64,000 nucleotides of DNA, from positions 6,078,001 through 6,142,000 of the forward strand of contig CM075995.1 in NCBI GenBank assembly GCA_038087875.1, read 5' to 3'. A program made the translations under genes and the position numbers. The number at the start of each line of letters is the position of its first letter. Positions within the stretch are counted from its first letter, which is position 1. Below are positions 1-10,453 of this stretch, piece by piece. The stretch comes from Malacoraja senta (taxonomy: Eukaryota). The notes beneath the pieces were generated by a model, which saw nothing but the letters and a program-made list of their open reading frames with translations, searched no databases and was not told the origin of the DNA.

Positions 1-1598
1 GCACAAATCCATGTTGACTGTTCCTAATCAGACCCTGCTTATCCAGATGCTTATATATATTATCTTTAAGTATCCTTTCCATTAATTTGCCCACCACTGA
101 CGTCAAACTAACAGGTCTATAATTGCTAGGTTTACTCTTCGAACCCTTTTTAAACAACGGAACAACATGCGCAGTACGCCAATCCTCCGGCACTATTCCC
201 GTTTCTAATGACATTTGAAATATTTCTGTCATAGCCCCTGCTATTTCTACACTAACTTCCCTCAATGTCCTAGGGAATATCCTGTCAGGACCTGGAGACT
301 TATCCTTTTTCAAAAGTGTCCGCACCTCCTCCTCTTTGAATCTCATAGTTTCCATTGCTACTCTGCTTGTTTCCCTTACCTCACATAATTCCATATCCTT
401 CTCCTTGGTGAATACCGAAGAAAAGAAATTGTTCAATATCTCCCCCATCTCTTTTGGCTCTGCAGATAGCTGTCCACTCTGACTCTCTAATGGACCAATT
501 TTATTCCTTGTTATCCTTTTGCTATTAATATAGCTGTAGAAACCCTTTGGATTTACTTTCACCTTACTTGCCAAAGCAACCTCATATCTTCTTTTAGCTT
601 TTCTAATTTCTTTCTTAATATTCTTTTTACATTCTTTATACTCAAGCACCTCATTTACTCCATGCTGCCTATAATTATTGTAGATCTCTCTCTTTTTCCA
701 AACCAAGTGTCCAATTTCCCTTGAAAACCATGGCTCTTTCCAATTTTTACTATTTCCTTTCAACCGAACAGGGACATAAAGATTCTGTACTCTTAAAATT
801 TCACCCTTAAATGTCCTCCATTTCTCTTCTACATCCTTCCCATAAAACAACATGTCCCAATTCACTCCTTTTAAATCAGCCTTTCTCCAATCAGCCTTTA
901 AGTTAGCCTTTCTCCAATCAAAAATCTCAACCCTAGGTCCAGTTCTGACCCTCTCCATAATTATATTGAAACTAATGGTATTGTGATCACTGGACCCGAA
1001 GTGCTCCCCGACGCATACCTCCGCCACCTGCCCTGTCTCATTTCCTAACAGGAGGTCCAGCACTGTCCCTTCTCTAGTAGGTACCTCTATGTATTGCTGC
1101 AAAAAACTATCCTGCACACATTTTACAAACTCCAAACCATCCAGCCCTTTTACAGAATGTGTTTCCCAGTCTATGTGTGGAAAATTGAAATCTCCCACAA
1201 TCACTACCTTGTGCTTACTACTAATATCTGCTATCTATAATACACCCCTATAAGTGTTGCTACACCTTTCCCATTTCTCAGTTCCACCCAAATAGCCTCC
1301 CTAGACGAGCCCTCTAATCTATCCTGCCAAAGCACTGCTGTAATATCTTCCTTGACAAGCAATGCAACACCCCCACCTCTTGCGCCTCCAATTCTATCAC
1401 CCCTGAAGCAACGAAATCCTGGAATATTTAGTTTCCAATCACAGCCCTCCTGCAACCATGTTTCACTGATCGCCACAACATCATACTTCCAGGTGTCAAT
1501 CCAGGCTCTAAGCTCATCCACCTTTCTTACAATGCTCCTAGCATTAAAATATACACATTTAAGAAACCCACCACCACTTATTCTCCGTTTATTATCTT
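1..1598 (-). mobile_element. CR1 LINE subfamily 'A', 5'-truncated; APE endonuclease and start of RT; continues off-window
   Basis: YDVVAISETW and VGDFNFP endonuclease motifs; near-identical to 24170-25810; internal deletions and frameshifts. Confidence 0.9.
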
Positions 1599-2406
1599 AT
1601 CTCTGGGGGACATGGATAGGTGATGTTTTGGGTTGGGACCCTTTATCAGACTAATTGTAGCCTGGAAGAGAGACGGGAGGGGCGAGACTAATCCAGGCAA
1701 GTGATAATTGAAGGAGGGTTTATTTGGTATATGGGTGATCGGAGATGAAAAGAAAACAAAAAGGCTGTGAAGTAAGGAGATATGAAATATTATGCAACAC
1801 ATGAAGTTAAAGGAGGTGCATCCAAACATCTAGAAAGGTTGCTGGGGTCCTATTTTTATGATCTCATCTACTAATGGTACCCATTTTTAATTGTCACACA
1901 TTAAAGTTTCTCTCCTTGTCTGTTCCCCTCAAACTTTACCATTTAAGAAATAGTTTGATAGCTTTGAGCAAGTCAGTCAGAAGACATTTCAAATACTTCT
2001 GAACGTTCAAGTTGCTTATTGTTTGGAAAGATCATGCAAAGGACTCAGTTCTGCACGGTATATTTTTCTTTATCCATCCATAGCAAATGGATTCGGTATT
2101 TAAGCACAAATGTGGTTTCAAGCCAGCTGCACCTCAGCATCAACTGCTGATCACACTTGCCAAGCTTTATCTTGCTCTGCTTGATATGCACTGATTTGTT
2201 AAAACCTCTAAACAATTCACAGCTGGCGTTGCAGATTCAAGTTGACGATCTCATTGCAGCATATGCTTTGTATTCTTCCGGAGAAATCTCTCCCAACTAC
2301 TGCTGCAAGTCTATTTGTTCTGAGCACTCCCTTTTATTATTTAAATTGGATAGTCAGGACAGCATTTGTCATATCAATTATTCTAATACATTTTACTTAA
2401 AACATT

Positions 2407-2768
2407 TGTTTAAGAAGGAACTGCAGATGCTGGAAAATTGAAGGTATTCGTAGAGTTGGAGGGCAGGGGGGGGGGATCACAGAGGGGGGGGGGTCACAGA
2501 GGGGGGGGATCACAGAGGGGGGGGGGGGGGGCAGTTGGAGAGGAGGTTGTGAAACTGTCTCCGGAGAGAGGAGGAGAACTTCTTCAAAGTAGGCATACCT
2601 TGAGGAGATTTCGCAGTGGAGTAGACAAAGTGTTTAAGAAGGACCTGCAGATGCTGGAAAATCGAAGGTAGTCTGAAGAAGGGTTTCGGCCCGAAACGTT
2701 GCCTATTTCCTTCGCTCCATAGATGCTGCTGCTGCACCCGCTGAGTTTCTCCAGCATTTTTGTGTACC
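2407..2768. mobile_element. Short rearranged Penelope-like insertion with hammerhead motif
   Basis: 14-bp direct repeat TTACTTAAAACATT at 2393-2406 and 2769-2782; internal repeat of tgtttaagaagga.ctgcagatgctggaaaat; segments in both orientations; same terminal sequence family as 8345, 17360, 29260 and 45947. Confidence 0.7.
2671..2702 (+). ncRNA. Minimal type I hammerhead ribozyme motif
   Basis: CTGAAGA-A-GGGT(TTCG)GCCC-GAAA-CG-TT: conserved core, 4-bp helix II, palindromic ACGT helix III. Helix I is only ~2 bp. Confidence 0.6.
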
Positions 2769-2925
2769 TTACTTAAAACATTGTTTTCCTTGTCTGCAAA
2801 ATAATTTTTAGGTCACTTTTACCATCTCGTAAGAAGTGGAAAATGTGCTGTTTGATATAACTGTCTTAACGTTCAACGTGATATTTTTGGAAGAAAATAT
2901 CTGTCTGTCTCAATGATTCCCATAG

Positions 2926-3113
2926 GCGGGCAAGGTGAGAAAGCATGTGTCTGAACAGGAGAAGACTGAAGAAGGACTCGGTCCAAATATCAAGAGTATT
3001 GTTACCATGCTGATGCTGATGTTATTAATGATGTTTGCTGTACACTGTACCTGGGTTACAAGCAATGCATACTCAAGCCCCAGCGTTGTCCTGGCATCAT
3101 ACAATCACGATGG
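2926..3113 (+). CDS. STT3B: STT3B internal coding exon (AGKVRKH...SPSVVLASYNHDG)
   Basis: Translation matches remembered vertebrate STT3B (EEGLGPNIKSIVTMLMLMLLMMFAVHCTWVTSNAYSSPSVVL). Acceptor catag| at 2925, donor |gtagga at 3114, ends in phase 2. Confidence 0.95.
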
Positions 3114-3399
3114 GTAGGAAATTAGTTTATTTCAATTATTTTTATATTTTATTAATTGATTTTTTTTCCTGGATGACATTTTGGCTTGGGTTGCGATCAA
3201 TATTTCATTAGTAGCATTAAAAAAATATAGCATTTTTATACACAAGGTATTGTTTCAAATCATTACTACCCTTGGGGATTTCTGGTATTCCAAAAAGTAA
3301 AATGGAGACATAAATTGTTAAAACTTTGTAGTTGTAAGTTAATTAAGAACATTTTGTGGAGTTAGTGGTGATGCATTCTTTACCCTTGGGATACAACTT

Positions 3400-4978
3400 T
3401 ATAACCATATAACCATATAACCATTACAGCACGGAAACAGGCCATCTCGGCCCTTCAAGTCCGTGCCGAACATTAAATAAAAAAGTTTTTTTAATTTATT
3501 TTTTTATTTTTTATTTTTTTATTTTTAAATAAATACTTCCCCCTAGTCCCATCTACCTGCACTCAGACCATAACCCTCCATTCCTTTCCCGTCCATATAC
3601 CCATCCAATCTATTTTTAAAGGATAAAATCGAACCAGCCTCTACCACTTCCACTTGAAGCTCATTCCACACAGCTACCACTCTCTTGAGTAAAGAAGTTC
3701 CCCCTAATGTTACCCCTAAACATCTGTCCCTTAATTCTCAAGTCATGTCCCCTTGTTTGAATCTTCCCTACTCTCAATGGAAAAAGCTTATCCACGTCAA
3801 CTGTCTAACCCGCTCATAATTTTAAAGACCTATCAAGTCCCCTCGTAACCTTCTGCGCTCCAAAAAATAAAGATCTAACTTGTTCAACCTTTCTCTGTAA
3901 CTTAGTTGCTGAAACCCAGGCAACATTCTAGTAAATCTCCTCTGTACTCTCTCTATTTTGTTGACATCCATCCTATAATTAGGCGACCAAAATTGTACTC
4001 CATACTCCAGAATTGGCCTCACCAATGCCTTGTACAATTTTAACATTACATCTCAACTTCTATATTCAATGCTCTGATTTATAAAGGCCAGCACCCCAAA
4101 AGCTTTCTTTACCACCCTATATACATGAGATTCCACCTTCAGGGAACTATGCACAGTTATTCCTAGATCCCTCTGTTCAACTGCATTCCTCAATTCTCTA
4201 CCATTTACCATGTACGTCCTATTTTGATTTGTCCTGCCGAGATGTAGTACCTCACATTTATCAGCATTAAACTCCATCTGCCATCTTTCAGCCCACTCTT
4301 CCTAATGGCCTACATCTCTCTGTAGACTTTGAAAATCTACTTCATTATCCACCACACCACCTATCTTAGTATCATCTGCATACTTACTAATCCAATTTTC
4401 CACACCATCATCCAGATCATTGATGTACATGACAAACAACAATGGACCCAACACAGACCCCTGAGGCACCCCACTAGTCACCGGCCTCCAACCTGACAAA
4501 CAGCCATCCACCATTACTCTCTGGCATCTCCCATTCAGCCACTGTTGAATCCATCTTGCTACTCCACCATTAATACCCAACAATTGAATCTTCTTAACCA
4601 ACCTTCCATGAAGAACCTTGTCAAAGGCCTTACTGAAGTCCATATAGACAACATCCACTGCTTTACCCGCATCAATTTCCCTAGTAACCTCTTCGAAAAA
4701 TTCTAGAAAATTAGTCAAACATGACCTTCCAGGCACAAATCCATGTTGACTGTTCCTAATCAGACCCTGCTTATCCAGATGCTTATATATATTATCTTTA
4801 AGTATCCTTTCCATTAATTTGCCCACCACTGACGTCAAACTAACAGGTCTATAATTGCTAGGTTTACTCTTAGAACCCTTTTTAAACAACGGAACAACAT
4901 GCGCAGTACGCCAATCCTCTGGCACTATCCCCGTTTCTAATGACATTTGAAATATTTCTGTCATAGCCCCTGCTATTT
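3400..4978 (-). mobile_element. CR1 subfamily 'A' 3' fragment (RT to tail)
   Basis: [18 protein letters not shown] and YADD motifs; stops and frameshifts; (TATGGTTA)n-type tail at 3400-3425. Confidence 0.92.
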
Positions 4979-5654
4979 ATGTATGGTCTTGTTCTTTCTT
5001 CTGAACATTTTATTGTCTAGCAACTTTTGGAGCAGATATGTGCCAAAAGGTAATACAAATCCATTGTATCCCTAGGGTAAGGAGTCACCCAGGATGTAAT
5101 AATTTTAAGTATCTCATGAGGTTGTAGATTAATGGAGTTATACTGCACAGAAGGAATCCCTTTGACCCAATACATCCATGCTAATCAAAACACCTATTTG
5201 AGCTAATTCTATTTGCCTGTGTTTAGGCTCTATCCTTTTCATGTTTCCAAGAGTCATACAGCATGGAAACTGGCCCTTTGGCCCAATTTGTCCATGCCAA
5301 CCAAGATGCCCCAAAGCTAGTCCTCTTTGCCTGCATTTAGTCCATATCCCTCTAACCCTTTGCTATCCAGGTATCTGTCCGAGTGTCTTAAATGTTGCTA
5401 TGTATCTATCTTAACTCCCTCATGGCAGTTCGTTTCACATACCCACTGCCCATGAATGAAAAAGTTGCCCCTCAGGTTTTTATTATATCTTTCCCCTCTC
5501 ACCATAAACCTATTCCCTCTCGTTCTTGATTTCCCCTACCCTGGATAATAGAATATTCTGTGAACTCACCCATTCAATTCCCCTTGTGATTTTATACGCC
5601 TCCATAAGATCACACCTTATCCTCCTACGCTCCAAGGAATAAAATGCTACCTTA

Positions 5655-5986
5655 TGCCCCTGTCCCACTTAGGAAACCTGAACGGAAACCTCTGGAGACT
5701 TTGCGCCCCACTCAAGGTTTCCGTGCGGTTCCTGGAGGTTTTTGTCAGTCTCCCTAATGGTCGAAAATGGTTTCCGCTTCTATGTTCCAGCGATTATTTC
5801 AAAAAATTCAAAACCGGCCGCGACTAAAAATAGGTTGCCGTTTTAAAAATCGGTAATTTTTTAGTCAAAGCTGGTTGCGATGCTAGTTGAAGGTGGTTGC
5901 CGGAGTTTGCAGGTAGTGGAAGGTCTTGGGTGGAGCGCAAAGTCTCCAGAGGTTTCCGTTCAGGTTTCCTAAGTGGGACAGGGGCA
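5655..5986. mobile_element. Non-autonomous DNA transposon (MITE), PIF/Harbinger-like
   Basis: About 60-bp near-perfect TIRs (tgcccctgtcccacttaggaaacctgaacggaaacctctggagactttgcgc) flanked by TTA and TAA; sits inside an old CR1 remnant (~5120-6070). Confidence 0.85.
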
Positions 5987-6237
5987 TAACACAATCTCCC
6001 CCTATAGTTCAGGCTCTCAAGTCCTAGCAACATCTTCGTAAATCTTCACTGTAGTCTTTCCAGCTTAATCGCATTATTTCTTATCAACGTAAATGTCTAA
6101 ATTTATTTTAAACCTTGTTTTTTTACCTGACTGCGAGCTCCTCTAGCAGGTTGTTCTGTATACCCGCCATCTTCTGTATGGGAAAACCTGCAGCTCTGAT
6201 TACTTAACATCTTTCCCCTCTCACTTTAAATCTGTAC

Positions 6238-6288
<51 letters not shown>

Positions 6289-7160
6289 GTTTTATTCGTC
6301 ACGCACATAAAGTGCAAGTGAAATGAATTTGCCAGCAGCAATGAAACAATGAACACACAAAAATGAAAAGAACACACAAAAACACAATAAAAATTCAACA
6401 CAAACATCCACCACAGCATTCATCACTGTGGTGGAAGGCACAAAATTTGGCCAGTCCTCCTCCATTTTCCCCCGTGGTCAGGACCTCAACCCTCCGGAGC
6501 CTCCGCTGCGGGCGTCCAGATGAGTAAAAGTCAAGGTAAGTCCGGAATCGGTGCCTCCCCCACCGGAGACCGCGACTTCAGGTTGGTGTAGGCCGCAGGC
6601 TGGCGGTCGAAGATTTAAAGTCAGAAGCACCGCAGACCGCAGGGCCGGCGGTCGAAGCTCCCCTCCAGGGGTCCCCGGCGAGGGGCCCCGCTCCTGATGG
6701 TAAGTCCCCGCCGCGCCCGCGGTAGAAGTTGGCCGCGGGCCGGCGGTGGGAGCTTCTTCTTCTCCCGGGTCCCCAACGAGGGATCCCAGGCTGCGGACGC
6801 CGCGCCGGCTGGCGCTCTGCAGACCGCGGCTTCAGGCTGCCGCGGGCCAGCAAATGGAGCGCTCCCCTCCGGCGAGCCCCAGCGAGAGTCCACGCTGCGC
6901 CCGCTGCTGAAGCCCCGGGCGCGTCTCCGGGAAAGGCCGCACCGATCCTCGATGTTAGGCCACGGGGGAGGCGACATGGAAAAAAACGCCTCTCCGTGCA
7001 AGAGACGACCGAAGCGGTTTCCCCCACACCACCCCCCACACAAAACACACAGAGAAACATTAAAAACATACATTTAAACACACTAAAATAATTTAAAAAG
7101 TTGAGAAAACTGACACGCTGCTGGCAGGGCTGTCGGCTTGCAGCGCCCCCACCGACCATC
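6238..7160 (-). mobile_element. GC-rich non-autonomous retroelement with (ATTG)n tail
   Basis: (TCAA)n at 6238-6288 next to a LINE-type 3' end (ttcacttgcactttatgtgcgtgacgaataaa on minus); CpG-rich body without credible ORF; splits an older repeat. Confidence 0.6.
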
Positions 7161-7893
7161 TAGTTTTCGTCTTAGATTTAGAATAGTGAAATGCCTGGGT
7201 AGAGTGGATGTGATGAGGATGTTTCCATTAGTGGGAGAGTCCAGGACTAGAGGCCATAGCCTCAGAATAGTCTGAAGATGGTGAGGCCAATTCATTGGGT
7301 ATTTTTAAAGAGCAGAATGACAGATTCTTGATTAGTAAGGGTGTCAGGGGTTATGGGGAAAAGGCAAGACGAAGGGGTTGAGAGGGAACGATAAATCAGC
7401 CACGATTGAATGATGGAGTAGACTTGATGGGCCGAATGGCCTAATTCTGCTCCTACAATTTATGAACTTCCATCCCTGGGAAAAAGTCTGTGATCTTCTA
7501 CCCCATATATACTCCTTATTTTATAAAGCATAAGGTCATAATAATTCTTGATTAGTATGGGTATCGAAGGTTACAGGGAGAAGGCAGGAGAATGGGATTG
7601 AGAGGGAAAGGTAGATCAGCCGTGATTGAATGGTGGAATGGACTTGATTGGCCAAATGGCCTAATCTGCTCCTATGTCTTTTGAAGATGAACCTCCTTTG
7701 CTGCAAGGGGAAAAGTCCCAGCTTTAGTTTAGTTTATTGTCACATATACTAAGGACTTAAAATAAAATAAATGTTGTAAACTGTTGATAGAGAGCTGTAT
7801 ACGTATTGGATTTTTGAATATTTTGAAGTTCTCTACATATCTAATTTGAAATGCATATTGGTATAATAATTTAAACATTTATTTTGAAAAAAG

Positions 7894-8065
7894 AACACGC
7901 AACATCCTCGATGACTTCCGTGAGGCATATTATTGGTTGCGACAAAATACAGATGACCATGTTCGAGTGATGTCTTGGTGGGATTACGGGTATCAGATTG
8001 CAGGAATGGCGAATCGGACAACGCTAGTAGATAATAACACGTGGAACAACAGCCATATTGCACTG
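7894..8065 (+). CDS. STT3B: STT3B coding exon containing the WWDYG motif
   Basis: [57 protein letters not shown]. First base completes the GG|A Gly codon from the previous exon; acceptor aag|, donor |gtaagt. Confidence 0.96.
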
Positions 8066-8344
8066 GTAAGTAGCCCAAGGAGCTACAGCCTGGTCCAGGG
8101 AGTTAATCTTAAGAGAAAGTGAATCTTTAGGGATGTTTACTTGTGGGAATGACATTCTTGTTTGACCCAAGTCCCCACCGTCTCAATAATAGCCATGGTT
8201 TAAAAGTAAATTGATTGGTCATTAAATATTTTGCAGTGTCTTTGTCACAAAAGGTGCTTTATATGCACGTTCATAGAATCATGGACTGCATCAGCACATT
8301 AGGAGATATTTGGCTTACTGTGTCTCATGTCGCCGGGGCTTAAA

Positions 8345-9454
8345 CGGGCACAAAATGCAGGGGTAACTCGGCAGGTCAGGCAGCATCTCTGGAAAACGTG
8401 GATAGGTGACAAGGTGTTGAGACCCTTCTTCAATCTGAAGTCTGAAGAAGGGTCTCGACCATAGTATTACATAATAGTATTCTTAATAGAGAATTGCCAT
8501 CAACAGAGGCAATTAGAGAAGACTGGGAAAAAGAATTAATGGCAAAAATTTCTAAAGAAACATGGGAAAGGTATTTGATATATATACATAAATGTTCAAT
8601 TAATGCTAGACATAATTTAATTCAATTTAAAATATTACATAGATTATATTATTCAAAAGTTAGGTTGAATAAATTGTATTCAAATATTTCTCCCATCTGT
8701 GATAAATATCTTTCTCAAAATGCCAATATCACACATTCTTTCGTTTCTTGCACAAAACTTCATGGATTTTGGTGTGATATATTTGATATATTTACTAGTT
8801 TATTTAAGATAAAAATGGAACCTAATATGGAAATTATTATCTTCGGAGTAATAGGAGATGGAAACAAATTAAATATATCCCAAATTTCATTTTTTAATTA
8901 TGGTTTAATAACAGCAAAAAAACTCATACTTAAATTTAGGAAAAATGCTAATATACCAACACTCAAAATGTGGATTGGTAATATGTTGGAAACTGCCCAC
9001 TTGGAAGAAATGAGACTCCTCCTAATAGACAAACAAGACTAATTCTTAACGAGTTGGTCTCCATTTATTGACCTTTTGGATTCATGTGGTGCAATAGTAT
9101 CGTAAAATTAAAAATTCTGGGTTTGGGCAAAAAATGATTAAGAATATAAAAAAGCATCGACTTGTGGCGAGGGAGAATCTCCTTTCTGCTTCACTTTCTT
9201 ACTTATTTCTTTTCTTTACCTCACACTCACTAGACTTTCCTTTACTCTTCACTACTTCTTTCTTTCTCATTTCTTTCTAAAAAAAAAGGAAGTTGTACAA
9301 AGAATGTTATAATAATTCTGGGAACCTGTAAAAAGGTACCATCAAAATATAATGTACTTCTAATAAATAAAAACATTAAAAAAAAAAGAAGGGTCTCGAC
9401 CAGAAACGTTAACTGTCCATGTTCTCCAGAGGTGCCGCCTAACCTGCTGAGTTA
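8345..9454. mobile_element. Penelope-like inverted (palindromic) insertion, interrupted; right arm resumes at 16211
   Basis: Minus arm 8345-8432 (gacccttcttca) followed by plus arm tctgaagaagggtctcgacc; continues 9386-9454 and 16211-16225 (gagtta|ctccagcattttg). Confidence 0.7.
8462..9385 (+). mobile_element. L1-clade LINE 3' fragment
   Basis: ORF 8494-9042 resembles the L1 ORF2 C-terminal zinc-finger region (IQFKILHRLY...C...HSFVSC); AATAAA plus poly(A) tail; 17-bp TSD AAGAAGGGTCTCGACCA at 8445-8461 and 9386-9402. Confidence 0.85.
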
Positions 9455-10453
9455 GAAACATAGAAAATAGGTGCAGGAGGAGGCCATTCGGCCCTTCGAG
9501 CCAGCACCGCCATTCATTGTGATCATGGCTGATCATCCCCTATCAATAACCCGTGCCTGCCTTCTCCCCTTATCCCTTGACTCCACTAGCCCCTAGAGCT
9601 CTATCTAACTCTCTCTTAAATCCATCCAGTGACTTGGCCTCCACTGCCCTCTGTGGCAGGGAATTCCATAAATTCACAACTCTCTGGGTGAAAAAGTTTT
9701 TTCTCACCTCAGTCTTAAATGACCTCCCCTTTATTCTAAGATTGTGGCCCTGGTTTTGGACTCGCCCAACATTGGGAACATTTGTCCTGCATCTAGCTTG
9801 TCCAGTCCTTTTATAATTTTATATGTTTCTATAAGACCCCCCCCTCATCCTTCTAAACTCCAATGAATACAAGCCTAGTCTTTTCAATCTTTCCTCGTAT
9901 GGGATCAATCTCGTGAACCTACGCTGCACTGCCTCAATCACAAGGATGTCCTTCCTCAAATTAGGAGACCAAAACTGTACACAATACTCCAGATGTGGTC
10001 TCACCAGAGCCCTTTACAACTGCAGAAGAACCTCTTGACTCCTATACTGAAATCCTCTTGTTATGAAGGCCAACATTCCATTAGCTTTCTTCACTGCCTG
10101 CTGTATCTGTAAGCCAACTTTCAGTGACTGGTGTACAAGGACGCCCAGGTCTCGCTGCACCTCCCCCTTACCTAACCTAACCCCATTGAGATAATAATCT
10201 GCCCCCTTGTTTTTGCCGCCAAAGTGGATAACCTCACATTTATCTATATTATACTGCATCTGCCCACTCACTCAACCTGTCCAGATCACCCTGCAACCCC
10301 CTAACATCCTCTTCACAGTTCACACTGCCACCCAGCTTTGTGTCATCCGCAAACTTGCTAGTGTTGCTCTTAATTCCCTCTTCCAAATCATTAATATACA
10401 TGTTAAACAGTTGCGGCCCCAACACTGAGCCTTGCGGCACTCCACTCGCCACG
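9455..10453 (-). mobile_element. CR1 subfamily 'D', 3' half (5' half at 15116-16212)
   Basis: Tail at 9455; RT text begins at [12 protein letters not shown], continuing from SEWQA at 15116. Confidence 0.85.

Noticed and set aside
6578..7159. Four overlapping 120-190 aa ORFs
   Set aside because: Stop-poor GC-rich repeat; no recognisable domain or splice context.
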